DNA of 64,000 bases, taken from contig OZ242374.1 of NCBI GenBank assembly GCA_965209055.1, positions 2,368,001-2,432,000 on the forward strand. Direction: 5' to 3'. The notes under the pieces are model-generated. The model was not told the DNA's origin, made no database searches, and saw only the letters and a program-made list of their open reading frames with translations. Numbering within the stretch: the stretch's first letter is position 1; each line of letters opens with the position of its first letter. Positions 19,001-28,773 of this stretch are shown in pieces. This DNA comes from Acidobacteriota bacterium. GTDB lineage: Bacteria > Acidobacteriota > UBA6911 > RPQK01 > JAJDTT01. The position numbers were made by a program, and so were the translations under genes.

Positions 19001-20173
19001 ATGAAGGACAGGCCCAGAATCACCAGCATCGAAGTGGTTCAGTACGAAAAGAACATCATCGATGTCGGGGTTGAGCCCTCCATCGGCATTCTCATCTATC
19101 AGCCGGGCGGGGTTCAGAAGTTCCGCGGCCGCGGCCTTCGGATCCATACCGATGTGGGAGTCACCGGGGAGTATTTCGGGGGATTCGAGGCGGACTACGC
19201 GGTCATCGGCGGGTTGGCCCACACCCTCATCGGGCGCAACGCCCTGGAGCGGGACGCCATCTATGACGACCTGAAGCAGGCCACCCGGCAGCAGTCCCGA
19301 ATGGGGATGGGGGTGGTGGACATCGCTCTCTGGGATCTTGCCGGCAAGTACTACGACGCGCCCATCTATGAGCTGCTCGGCGGATCGGCCGGCAAGAAGC
19401 TCCCCTGCTACGCCAGCACCTACGTCGGCGACTACGAGGAGGGAGGCCTCAACACACCCGAGGCCTACGCGGACTTCGCCGAGGCGTGCCTGGAACTGGG
19501 GTATCCCGGTTTCAAGATTCACGGCTGGCAGGACGCCCCGCTGAAGGACCAGATCGAGCTGGTCCGGGCCGTGGGCCGGAGGGTGGGGGACAGAATGGAC
19601 CTGATGCTGGACCCCTTCTGCGCCATCAAGACCTTCGCCGAGGCCCTGAAACTGGGCCGGGCCTGCGACGAGTTCGACTATTTCTGGTACGAGGACCCGT
19701 TCCGGGACGGCGGGGTCTCGGCGTTCGCCCACCGGAAACTGCGCCAGCTCATCAAGACGCCGCTCCTGCAGTTGGAGCACCTGAGGGGGCTGGAGCCGCA
19801 TGTGGACTTCATCGTGGCCGACGGAACCGACTTCGTGCGCATCGATACCGACTATGACGGCGGCATCACCGGGGTCATGAAGATCGCCCACGCCGCCGAA
19901 GGGTTCGGCCTGGACGTGGAGCTGCATGGACCGGGTCCGGACCGGCGGCACGTGATGGCCGCCGTCCGCAACACCAACTACTACGAAATGGGCCTGCTCC
20001 ATCCGCAATTGGGCCCCTTCCACATGGCGCCCTTCAAGTGCGGCTATCGCGACGCCATCGACGCCGTCGATGCCGACGGCTGCGTCGTCGCGCCCGACGG
20101 TCCGGGACTGGGCGTCGAGTATGACTGGGACACCATCATGGACCACTGTACGGACCGGGCGGAGTACAAGTAG
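19001..20173 (+). CDS. Enolase-superfamily (mandelate racemase-like) enzyme, cytoplasmic
   Basis: Motifs VDIALWDLAGK, GFKIH, MLDP, YEDP, LEH, ELHG and PDGPGLGV. Confidence 0.88.
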   Translation: MKDRPRITSIEVVQYEKNIIDVGVEPSIGILIYQPGGVQKFRGRGLRIHTDVGVTGEYFGGFEADYAVIGGLAHTLIGRNALERDAIYDDLKQATRQQSRMGMGVVDIALWDLAGKYYDAPIYELLGGSAGKKLPCYASTYVGDYEEGGLNTPEAYADFAEACLELGYPGFKIHGWQDAPLKDQIELVRAVGRRVGDRMDLMLDPFCAIKTFAEALKLGRACDEFDYFWYEDPFRDGGVSAFAHRKLRQLIKTPLLQLEHLRGLEPHVDFIVADGTDFVRIDTDYDGGITGVMKIAHAAEGFGLDVELHGPGPDRRHVMAAVRNTNYYEMGLLHPQLGPFHMAPFKCGYRDAIDAVDADGCVVAPDGPGLGVEYDWDTIMDHCTDRAEYK

Positions 20174-20214
20174 GGCGCGCTCGAGCCGATTCGAGACCGG
20201 AGGATCGCATTGAG

Positions 20215-21606
20215 ATGGGTACGCAGAATTGGCAGGAATATCTGAGGGATCGTCAGGGCCGTTGGATTCGGGAACTGAGCGAGTTTCTGACCATTCCCAG
20301 CATCTCGGCGCTGCCCGATCACGCTGCCGACGTCAAGCAGGCGGCCCGTTGGGTCGGCGACCGGCTGCAGGCGGCGGGCGTGGAGAACGTCGAGGTCCTC
20401 CCCACCGAAGGGCATCCCGTGGTCTACGGCGACTGGCTCCATGCTCCGGGGCGCCCCACGCTCCTGGTCTACGGGCATTTTGACGTGCAGCCGGTGGACC
20501 CGGTGGATCTCTGGAGCCACCCTCCCTTCGAGCCGGTGGTCCGGGACGGCCGAATCTACGCCCGAGGCTCGTCCGACGACAAGGGGAACATGCTGGCTCC
20601 GATCCTGGCCGTGCAGGCCCTGCTGGAGACCACGGGGACCCTTCCCCTGAACCTCAAATTCCTGCTGGAGGGGCAGGAGGAGATTGGAAGTCCCCATCTT
20701 CCCCCCTTCATGAAGGCCGAGGCGGGACGGTTCGCATCCGACGTGGCGGTGAGCGCCGACGGTTCCCAGTGGAGCGAGGAGGAGCCGGCCACGTGGGTGT
20801 CGCTGCGCGGTCTCTGCGGTCTTCAGATCAATGTCCACGGACCTTCCCGGGACCTTCATTCCGGCCTCTTCGGAGGTGCGGTGCAGAATCCTGTGCACGC
20901 CCTGGTGCGGCTGCTGGACTCCATGCGCTCGCCCGACGGCAGGGTTCTGGTCCAAGGATTCTACGATGAGGTCCGAGAGCCGGATGACCGGTTGAGGACC
21001 GAGTTGGCGAGAGTCCCTTACGAGGAGGAGGAGCTGCTCTCCTCCATCGGCGTGACCGAGACGTTCGGCGAGCCGGGCTTCAGCACCTACGAACGGGAGT
21101 GGATCCGGCCGACCCTGGAGATCAACGGCATCTGGGGCGGTTTCCAGGGAGATGGCATGAAGACGGTCCTGCCCCGCCAGGCTCACGCCAAGGTCACCTG
21201 CCGCCTGGTTGCCGATCAGCATCCGGACCAGGTCGTCAGGGCCGTTGTCCGGCACGTGGAGGAAAACACTCCTCCCGGCGTCGAGACGGAGGTCGTCGTG
21301 CTGGATTCTTCGTCCGTGCCCTACTCCATCCCCATCGATCACCCCGGAAACCGGGCGGCCGCCCGGGTGCTGGAAGAGCTCTACGGCAGAAGGCCCTACG
21401 TGGTGGGATCGGGAGGGAGCATCGCCACCTGCGGCCTCATCCTGGAACACCTGGGGATCCACACCGTGAATCTCTCCTTCGGGCTGGATGACGAATGCGC
21501 CCACAGCCCCGACGAGTTCTTCCGGCTGGCCAGCTTCGAGAGGGCCCAGATCGCTCACGGACGGTTCATCGAGGTCCTCGCCGCCGACTCCGGTCAGGGA
21601 TCTTGA
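20215..21606 (+). CDS. M20 family dipeptidase (Dug1/CNDP-like)
   Basis: Motifs YGHFDVQP, ARGSSDDKG, GQEE, DLHSG, GGSI and AHSPDE. Confidence 0.9.
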   Translation: MGTQNWQEYLRDRQGRWIRELSEFLTIPSISALPDHAADVKQAARWVGDRLQAAGVENVEVLPTEGHPVVYGDWLHAPGRPTLLVYGHFDVQPVDPVDLWSHPPFEPVVRDGRIYARGSSDDKGNMLAPILAVQALLETTGTLPLNLKFLLEGQEEIGSPHLPPFMKAEAGRFASDVAVSADGSQWSEEEPATWVSLRGLCGLQINVHGPSRDLHSGLFGGAVQNPVHALVRLLDSMRSPDGRVLVQGFYDEVREPDDRLRTELARVPYEEEELLSSIGVTETFGEPGFSTYEREWIRPTLEINGIWGGFQGDGMKTVLPRQAHAKVTCRLVADQHPDQVVRAVVRHVEENTPPGVETEVVVLDSSSVPYSIPIDHPGNRAAARVLEELYGRRPYVVGSGGSIATCGLILEHLGIHTVNLSFGLDDECAHSPDEFFRLASFERAQIAHGRFIEVLAADSGQGS

Positions 21607-21656
21607 CGAATTAAAGGCACTGCAGATCTACCCTCCACTTGGGGCAGTCGTTGGGG

Positions 21657-22892
21657 TCAGAGGCAGGCGGCTGGAATTCCCACCAGGCGCTGACCGTAGA
21701 GGCGGGGCCTCTCATCGTTGTTGATGACGACGCCGAGGCGACAGCCGTAATCGTCGACAAAGTCGTTTATGGGGCGGAGTTCACGGGTGCGGACGGTCTG
21801 AGGGTACTTGATCACGATGGGGACGACGCCAAAGGACCCCTCCAATACAAGATCGACCTCGGCGCCACCGTGGGTCCGGTAGTGAAAGGGGTCACAGGCG
21901 ATTCCGCTTGCCGCCAGCCCTCTGAGAATCTGTTCAACGATCGTTCCTTCCCACGACCGGCCCATTTGGGGATGTCCCCGTAAATCGTCCAGTTCGCCGA
22001 TTCGAAGCAGGTGGTGGAGCAGGCCCGAGTCGCGAAGATACCCGCGCGGGCTCTTGACCACGCGCCTGAGGACGTTGCGTGTGAAGGCCGGCAGGGTCCT
22101 CCAAAGGAAGGAACCGTGCGCGATCTCGAAATACTTGCGGGCGGTGGGCTGGGAGACGTTCAGGAAGCGAGCGACGTCCGAGTAGTTCAAAATGGTGCCT
22201 GAAAGACCTGCGAGCAACTGGACGAAGCGGCGAAAGCGGTTTCGGTTCAGACCGGGGAAGAGGGTCCCGATATCGCGGTGCAGGTAGGTTTGAACGTACT
22301 GTTCCATCCAGACTTGGCGAAAGCGATCTCCACCCTCGACCCAGGGTTGGGGATAGCCGCCCCGGAACCAGTATTCGTGGAGTTTCCGAATTCCCGCACG
22401 GGGTGTCAGCTCCTTGACGAAGCGTTCCGGCTTCCAGCCCTGCGACAGGCCGGAAAAAAAATGGCTCGGAGGCTTGCGGATCGCTTCCGCCAGGGAAAAG
22501 GGGCTCATCTCGATCAGTCCGATCCGGCCGGCCAGACTCTCCGATATCCGCCCGGTGAGGTCAGGCGAACTCGAACCGGTTATGACAAATCTGCCGGTTC
22601 GGGAGCGATCGGCATCGATGGCGACCCTCAAGGCCTGGAAGAGAGGAGGAAAGGCCTGTGCTTCGTCGATGGCCACTCGATCAGGATGAAGACGGAAAAA
22701 CAGGTCGGGGTCGCGCGCAATGGCTTCGAAGTCCGATTGCCGTTCCAGGTCGAAATGCAACCACCCTTTTCCCAGCTCTCCCAGCAGAGTGGTTTTTCCA
22801 CACTGTCGTGGTCCGATAAGACCGACACAGGGGAAGAACCCCAGATATTCGAGCAGAAGTTTGGTGGTATGGCGTGGAAACACACCTGACAT
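21657..22892 (-). CDS. AAA ATPase with DUF4143 (winged-helix/nuclease-like) domain
   Basis: Walker A GPRQCGKT, Walker B IDEAQ, ITGS, GGYP, LRDSGL and EVDL. Confidence 0.88.
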   Translation of the reverse strand: MSGVFPRHTTKLLLEYLGFFPCVGLIGPRQCGKTTLLGELGKGWLHFDLERQSDFEAIARDPDLFFRLHPDRVAIDEAQAFPPLFQALRVAIDADRSRTGRFVITGSSSPDLTGRISESLAGRIGLIEMSPFSLAEAIRKPPSHFFSGLSQGWKPERFVKELTPRAGIRKLHEYWFRGGYPQPWVEGGDRFRQVWMEQYVQTYLHRDIGTLFPGLNRNRFRRFVQLLAGLSGTILNYSDVARFLNVSQPTARKYFEIAHGSFLWRTLPAFTRNVLRRVVKSPRGYLRDSGLLHHLLRIGELDDLRGHPQMGRSWEGTIVEQILRGLAASGIACDPFHYRTHGGAEVDLVLEGSFGVVPIVIKYPQTVRTRELRPINDFVDDYGCRLGVVINNDERPRLYGQRLVGIPAACL

Positions 22893-22915
22893 ATTGAAAG
22901 TCTAAGTTTGAAAAT

Positions 22916-22944
22916 GCAAGGTTGGTTTTCACGATCGACCTTGC
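22916..22944. promoter_or_regulatory. Imperfect palindrome (candidate operator) upstream of the AAA-DUF4143 gene
   Basis: GCAAGGTTGGT-N7-ATCGACCTTGC, 9/11 arm match, about 24 bp upstream of the start at 22892. Confidence 0.4.
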
Positions 22945-23079
22945 TGCAGACGCATACGACTCCGGCCGATATGGGAAAAACTTGAAAAGAATGGTCGCCG
23001 TGAAGACCTTGCGGTTGCGGTGCCGCGCCGGCCCGTCAAAGCAGGCAGCGGGATTCTGACCGCTCGTTGCGCGGCCGCA

Positions 23080-24399
23080 TCAGGCGACTCCGCACCAGTC
23101 CATGGCCACCTGGGCATAGGCCTTGGTGGCGACCATCAACTCCGAGATGTCCAGGAACTCGTCCACGGCGTGGGCCTGGAGCAGGCTCCCGGGGCCGTAG
23201 ACCAGGCTGGGAATGCCCTTGGCGCTCAGGAACGCCGCGTCGCACACGGCGTAGAATCCCTGCATGGCGGCGGGTCCCTCGAAGGGCGTGCCCCGGGCGG
23301 CGGTTTCATGGGCCGCGGCCATGGCCTTGCAGATGGGATGCTCCCGGTCCACCGAGAAGGGTGGCCAATGCAGCTTCCACTCCACTTCCGGGGGGTTCTC
23401 GCGGAGCCACTCGTCCAACTGGGCGGCGTGATGGATCTGGTTTTCCACCTCCCGCTTCACCTCTTCCTCCGACTGTTCCGGGTGGTACCAGATGGCGTAT
23501 TCGATGGTGCAGTACTCGGAAATGAAGAAGGGGACTCCGACGCCGTGCGGCGCGCCCATGACCACTCCGGGATGGAGAGTGAAATGACCCGGCTTGAAGA
23601 GGTCGTGGATCTTGGTGAGACCCCACTCGTCCTCCAGCTTGCGGAGGCATTCGAAGATGAACATGCCCTTGTCGATGGCGTTGACGGCCACGCTGGAACC
23701 GAAGCCGCCGGCCCGGAAGGTCTCCGCCCGGGTGGAGGCGTGACTCGACTTGCCGCGGCAGGTGACCGCCATCCAGAGGAGTCCCGGACTGATGGGAACG
23801 ATCGCCAGGGGCCGCACCGGAGCCGAGGCCTCGGAGACCACGGCCGCATCCGCCCGGTAGCCTCTTCGAACCGTGGCCGTGACGCCCGCCTCGTGGTCCA
23901 TCACCTCTTCGCCCACCACGCTCTCCAGGAGCAGATCCCCCTTGAGCCGGATCCCGAGCCTTTGAAGGGCCAGGGCCGCCATGGCCTGGCTCACCACCGG
24001 TCCCTTCATGTCGCAGGAACCGCGGCCGTAGATTTTCCCGCCGTCCACCTTGCCGCTGAAGGGGTCCGACCATCTCCAGTCTTCCGGCCGTCCGGTGGGT
24101 ACGGTATCGATGTGGCCGTTGAAGATGAGGGACTTCCCTCCGCCGGCTCCCTGGAGGACTCCCACGGCGTTGGCCCGGCGGGCCTCCGCTTCCCAGACGT
24201 CCACTTCGCAGCCGATGGTCCGGTAGAGCTCGGCCACGACCTGGTTGGCATCGGTCTCCCCTCCCAGGACCTCTTCCGCGACCACTCCCGGATACTTGGG
24301 ATTGATGCTGGGAATCCGGACGACTTCGCTGATCTTCTCGACGATCTCGTCCCGCATGCCGTCGATGGTCTCGAACACCTTGGCCGTGAGTTCCGTCAT
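23080..24399 (-). CDS. ArgE/DapE-like M20 deacylase
   Basis: AAGGAG RBS. Motifs FNGHIDTV, GRGSCDMKG, VGEE, SHA and QAHAVDE. Confidence 0.9.
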   Translation of the reverse strand: MTELTAKVFETIDGMRDEIVEKISEVVRIPSINPKYPGVVAEEVLGGETDANQVVAELYRTIGCEVDVWEAEARRANAVGVLQGAGGGKSLIFNGHIDTVPTGRPEDWRWSDPFSGKVDGGKIYGRGSCDMKGPVVSQAMAALALQRLGIRLKGDLLLESVVGEEVMDHEAGVTATVRRGYRADAAVVSEASAPVRPLAIVPISPGLLWMAVTCRGKSSHASTRAETFRAGGFGSSVAVNAIDKGMFIFECLRKLEDEWGLTKIHDLFKPGHFTLHPGVVMGAPHGVGVPFFISEYCTIEYAIWYHPEQSEEEVKREVENQIHHAAQLDEWLRENPPEVEWKLHWPPFSVDREHPICKAMAAAHETAARGTPFEGPAAMQGFYAVCDAAFLSAKGIPSLVYGPGSLLQAHAVDEFLDISELMVATKAYAQVAMDWCGVA

Positions 24400-24524
24400 G
24401 AATGACTCCTTGATGGTCCTGTCTGCCTGAAACCTGGAAGTTGATTTGGCGGTCTGGATGCTATGGGCTCACCGAAGCCCGGTCAAGCCCCCGGGGACCG
24501 GATCGCCGGACCTGTGATCGCGCC

Positions 24525-27227
24525 TTACAGAGAAACCCCGAGGGGCCCCCGCGTGATCTGAAAGTCCACGTTTCCCTGGCTCTGAAGAACCGGGCTGTAT
24601 CTTCCCGAAGCCAGGTCCAGAACCAGCGCCGACAACCTGTCCTCCCACGAATCGGGGGGCCCGGTGAGCATCAGATCCAGGTCCTGTCCCCGGTTCCCGG
24701 CCATGCTGCCGGCATTGGAAACCTGCAGCGTCGGGACCATGACATGACCCGGCAGTGGTTCCCGGCCGACCCATGCCAGGAGGATCTCCGCTCCTGTGGC
24801 CCCAAGACCGGTCAGTAGCTCGACTCCGTGATCGGTAGCGGCTTCCATGATCTGCAGGCCCGACGCGCGCGCTTTCTCCCCGAAGAGGAGCGTGGGCGCC
24901 AACGGGTCCGGTTCCACGAGGATCTCCCGCCATGCCGGGCTCTCCATCAGGATGTCCCCCTCCGGGATCACGATCGTGGCCCCGGCGTGGACAAAGCGCT
25001 GCACGAGACCGCTCAGAGTCCGGCAGGCGGCCTCGGCCGGACGGCCCGACGTCAGGACCGCCATCCTCAACGATTCCACCCCCACGGCTTGCCGCCGGGG
25101 AGCGGACCGGCCCGAGAGCGCACTCTGAAACCAGGATTCCACCCGGTATCCGACCTTCTCGATCCCCCCGTCCAACTGGATGCTGGCCTTGCCGTAGTCC
25201 TCGACGTCGCCGCCCATTCGGGTCAGTTGGCCGGTCATGTAGTCGTTGTGGGTCGCCTCGCAACCGTGCTCCAGAAAGAGGCCGGCCGCGACCGTGGGAT
25301 GGGTCAGATGGCCCAGGAGGGTGCGCGAGTAGAGTTGACGCGTCTGACCTCCCGAGCAACCGCAGCCTTCGGTGTGAGGGAGCGCCACGAACCGGGAAAC
25401 CGCGCTGTTCCCTCCGGCCTGTCGGTGGGTGAGCCGCTGGGCGAGGAGACGGGCAATCTGGCTGGAGCAGAGACTGGTGGGAAGGATCAGTCCGATCTGA
25501 TGGGTGACCCATCCTCCGGGAGTCCGGATTCCGTCGAACCGGAGCCGAGAACCGGAATCGGGGGGCTTGAGCCGAATCGGGACGTCGACGCAAGGCCGCC
25601 GCGCATTCTGGAGACGGACCAGGTTGGAACCGTCAGTCTGCTGCCAGTTTCGCCAGAGCGAGACCTGGGAATGGCCCGCCTTCTCGCCGACGCTCCGGCG
25701 ACCCGAGGCCACCTGCAGAGTCAGGTCGAACAGTTCCCGTCCCAGATCCTCGAGGGGCGTCCCTTCCAAGTAGGCGCCGGCATTGAAATCCATGTCCCGG
25801 GAAAGGAGACGGAATCGTCCGCTCGTGGTGACGATCTTGATGGTGGGGACGAAGGGGAAGTTGGTGACCGATCCGTTGCCGGTGGTGAAGAAGATGAGAT
25901 TGGTTCCCGAGGCCACTTGACCGGCAAGGCTTTCCAGGTCGTTTCCGGGGCTGTCCATGAAGTAGAACCCGGGTTCCGTCATCCGCTGGGCGTACTCGAT
26001 GACGCGATCGAGCCGCACGCCGGGGTGGCGCTTGGTGGCGGCTCCCAGGGACTTGATCACGATGTTGTAGAGCCCTCGAAGGATGTTGCCGCCGGAGGGG
26101 TTGCCCTGAGCCGATTCACCGTGCCACGCGACCCTTTCCTTGAAATTGGCCACCTTGGACAGGAAAGCCCGCGCCGTCTCCAGGTCGCGGGCGTTCTGGA
26201 GGACGTAGGCTTCGGCTCCGATGAGCTCGTCGGTCTCGGCCAGATTGGCCGATCCGCCCTGACGCAGAAGCTCCCTGGCGACCCAGCCTGAGAGAGGGTT
26301 GGCGGATATGCCGGAGAAGGCGTCCGAACCGCCGCACTGGAGCGCCAACCGGAGGTTCGTCATCGGCTGAGGCGTCCGCCGGCAGGAGTCGACCCGGGGA
26401 AGCCAGTCCCGCACGATTCGCTCGCTCCGGCTCAATTCGTCGCGGAAGCTGTCTTTCAGGGTCAGGAAATGGTGCGGGACGTCTCCGAGGGGGAAGCCGT
26501 TTCGCAGCAGGTGCCGTCTCAGGCGGTCGTTGGTCACGGCTTCGGTGCCCCGGTCCACGCAGAGCACGGCTCCCACGTTGGGATGGACCACGAACCCCGA
26601 GAGGGTGGAAAGAACCAGTTCCAGGTTGTTGGGCTCCGTATCCTGTCCCCCCTCGGTGTGGGCCACGGCAACGATGCCGTCCACGTTTCCCAAGGGTTCG
26701 GCTTCCCCCTTGAGCCGTTCGGCCAGGACCCGGGCGAAGCTCCCGGTGCGGGAGGAAGTCCCCAGGATCACCACGTAGTTGCGGGTCCCGACGCCTCGGT
26801 CCGGAGACCTCTGGTAGCCCGGAAAGGTCCCGCCCGGAAGCTCGCGGGATGTCTGGAGACCCGGCTCGAATCCTGCCTCGTCCATAAGGTAGGGGTCGAT
26901 TCGATCGGTGAAATTGGGAGCCTCGGGCAGGGAGATATCCAGGTTCCGTCCGGAAAGAGCCTCCACGGCCCTTCGATTGCAAACGTAGTTTCCGGGCGCG
27001 ATGTTCCGGCAGGCGAATCCGAAGGGAAATCCCCACGACAGAAGCGCTTCCCCCTCGGCGATGGGAGAGACGGCGAATCGATGCCCCTCCATGACGGTGT
27101 GATCCAGAACCAGCTCGCCGCCCTGGTATTCGATCCGGGTCCCCGGAGGCAGGGTGCGGATTGCGATGGCGACGTTGTCCTCGGGGGCGGGGAGTCTTCC
27201 GATCTCCTGGAACCGGTAGTGAGGCAT
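24525..27227 (-). CDS. UxaA/GarD family (altronate/galactarate dehydratase-like) protein: SAF domain plus duplicated catalytic module, 900 aa
   Basis: N-terminal DNVAIA..GHRFA (SAF), GVGTRN, LQCGGSD, AETDE, NPSGGN and FTTGNG. A second module carries PTSLC, HTEGCG and HGCE. Confidence 0.85.
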   Translation of the reverse strand: MPHYRFQEIGRLPAPEDNVAIAIRTLPPGTRIEYQGGELVLDHTVMEGHRFAVSPIAEGEALLSWGFPFGFACRNIAPGNYVCNRRAVEALSGRNLDISLPEAPNFTDRIDPYLMDEAGFEPGLQTSRELPGGTFPGYQRSPDRGVGTRNYVVILGTSSRTGSFARVLAERLKGEAEPLGNVDGIVAVAHTEGGQDTEPNNLELVLSTLSGFVVHPNVGAVLCVDRGTEAVTNDRLRRHLLRNGFPLGDVPHHFLTLKDSFRDELSRSERIVRDWLPRVDSCRRTPQPMTNLRLALQCGGSDAFSGISANPLSGWVARELLRQGGSANLAETDELIGAEAYVLQNARDLETARAFLSKVANFKERVAWHGESAQGNPSGGNILRGLYNIVIKSLGAATKRHPGVRLDRVIEYAQRMTEPGFYFMDSPGNDLESLAGQVASGTNLIFFTTGNGSVTNFPFVPTIKIVTTSGRFRLLSRDMDFNAGAYLEGTPLEDLGRELFDLTLQVASGRRSVGEKAGHSQVSLWRNWQQTDGSNLVRLQNARRPCVDVPIRLKPPDSGSRLRFDGIRTPGGWVTHQIGLILPTSLCSSQIARLLAQRLTHRQAGGNSAVSRFVALPHTEGCGCSGGQTRQLYSRTLLGHLTHPTVAAGLFLEHGCEATHNDYMTGQLTRMGGDVEDYGKASIQLDGGIEKVGYRVESWFQSALSGRSAPRRQAVGVESLRMAVLTSGRPAEAACRTLSGLVQRFVHAGATIVIPEGDILMESPAWREILVEPDPLAPTLLFGEKARASGLQIMEAATDHGVELLTGLGATGAEILLAWVGREPLPGHVMVPTLQVSNAGSMAGNRGQDLDLMLTGPPDSWEDRLSALVLDLASGRYSPVLQSQGNVDFQITRGPLGVSL

Positions 27228-27291
27228 CGTCTCCAGTAAACGACGTTTAGGCGCTTCGTTCCCGGCGGTTACGCGCCGCCGGAACGCTTCC

Positions 27292-27849
27292 CTACTTGAT
27301 GAGGGAAGCCACCTGCTTGAATTCGGCGGTGCCCGAGACTTCCAGGAGTTCGAACAGAGCCGACTCGACGCTGGTCAGGATCACCCCCGACCGTGCCATG
27401 CGGTCCAGCGCCGTCCGGTAGTCCAGCTCCTTGCGTGAGGCGACGGCGTCCACGGCCAACTGGACCTGAAAATCCCGGGAAAGCAAATCCAGGGCCGTTT
27501 GCTGAACGCAGACGTGCGCCTCCGTCCCCGAGACCAGAATCTGCCGGATTCCCCGGCTCCGGATGCCGGAGACCAGGTCCGGGGCCCCACAGCAACTGAA
27601 GGTGGCCTTCACGACGGCGGAGTTGCCGCCGAGCACCTCCAGGATGCTGGGCTCGGTATGGCCCAGTCCCTTGGGGTATTGCTCGGTGACGAAGACGGGA
27701 AGGCCCAGGATCCGGAATCCGCGGACCAGCTTGACGATTTCGGCGACCATCGCCTGGCCGTTTCGGACCGCCTGGATCAGCCTGGTCTGGACGTCCACGA
27801 CCAGCAGGGCCGTGTGAGCCCGATTCAGAATTTGCGGGTGGCGCTTCAT
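27292..27849 (-). CDS. Isochorismatase-family cysteine hydrolase
   Basis: Motifs LLVVDVQ, TEQYPKGLG, KATFSC and EAHVCVQQT. Confidence 0.9.
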   Translation of the reverse strand: MKRHPQILNRAHTALLVVDVQTRLIQAVRNGQAMVAEIVKLVRGFRILGLPVFVTEQYPKGLGHTEPSILEVLGGNSAVVKATFSCCGAPDLVSGIRSRGIRQILVSGTEAHVCVQQTALDLLSRDFQVQLAVDAVASRKELDYRTALDRMARSGVILTSVESALFELLEVSGTAEFKQVASLIK

Positions 27850-27866
27850 GGCGATTTCGGCGCGCC

Positions 27867-28559
27867 TCAGTCGTCACGGCCTCCCAACAGCCCGGCTCGG
27901 AGCAGGAAGTAGAGCAGGGTCATCAAGGTGGAGACGGCGGCGGCCACATAGGTCAGAGCGGCCGCGTTGAGGACGCGGTCCACGCCGCGCCGCTCCTGAG
28001 CGGTGACGATGCCCTGTTCCACGGCGAGCCTCTTGGCCCGGGCCGACGCATCGAACTCCACGGGAAGGGTCACGATCTGGAAGGCCAGGACGGCGGAAAA
28101 GAGGATCGCTCCCACCAGGACCATATTCTGGCTGGCCATGAAAAGGCCCACCAGCATGACGATATACCCCACCGACGACCCGATGTTGGCCGTCGGAACC
28201 AGGATCGACCGGAGCCAGAGAGGTCCGTAGCCTTCGGCGTGCTGGATGGCATGTCCGGCTTCGTGGCAGGCGACGCCGATGGCGGCCACCGAAGAGGAGC
28301 GGTAGACGCTCTCGGACAGCGCCAGGGTCTTGTTCGTGGGATTGTAGTGATCCGACAACATTCCCGACGTCTGCACGATCTTTACGTCGCTGATGCCGGC
28401 GTAGTTGAGTAGATGCCGAGCCGCCTGGGCCCCGCTGAGTCCTCGCATGGACAGGACTTTTGAGTATTTGTTGAAAGCCGATTTGGTCTTGAAGCTGGCC
28501 CACAGGGAAAGGCCCAGGGCCGGCAGAATCATGAGCAGATAAAGCGGATCGAAGAACAT
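27867..28559 (-). CDS. Membrane zinc metallopeptidase (YugP-like)
   Basis: GGAGGT RBS before ATG 28559. Motifs LSDHY, HEAGHAIQH (HExxH), TLPVEFDAS and AAALTYVA. Confidence 0.92.
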   Translation of the reverse strand: MFFDPLYLLMILPALGLSLWASFKTKSAFNKYSKVLSMRGLSGAQAARHLLNYAGISDVKIVQTSGMLSDHYNPTNKTLALSESVYRSSSVAAIGVACHEAGHAIQHAEGYGPLWLRSILVPTANIGSSVGYIVMLVGLFMASQNMVLVGAILFSAVLAFQIVTLPVEFDASARAKRLAVEQGIVTAQERRGVDRVLNAAALTYVAAAVSTLMTLLYFLLRAGLLGGRDD

Positions 28560-28730
28560 GGATTCACCTCCATCGGGATGGATTGCCGACCGCGCCGGCA
28601 TCCGCTCCCGCTACTATCCCGTATTTCCCGCGTCCCGTCCACCCGGTCCGTAGCGGGTGGAAACCGGGTCCGGTGAACCCGGCTCGATTGCGGGAAGCCG
28701 ATCCGGCGTATGCAATCCGGCCGGTAGGAT

Positions 28731-28736
28731 ATTATA
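28731..28736 (-). promoter_or_regulatory. Sigma70-type -10 hexamer (TATAAT), candidate promoter of the YugP-like operon
   Basis: ATTATA on the + strand reads TATAAT on the - strand, in an AT-rich patch between divergent genes. No convincing -35. Confidence 0.4.
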
Positions 28737-28773
28737 CGTAAGTAGTTGAGAAACGGTTTCCTCAGAGAGGCTT

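Noticed and set aside
27257-27286. GC hairpin between the isochorismatase and UxaA-like genes as a terminator
   Set aside because: There is no U-tract in the direction of transcription. It may be a stabilising stem or chance.
28625-28696. Purine or yybP-ykoY riboswitch identity for the structured leader
   Set aside because: Only fragments resemble them (GUUUCCAC, GGGAUAGUAGC), and the conserved loop and junction nucleotides are missing.
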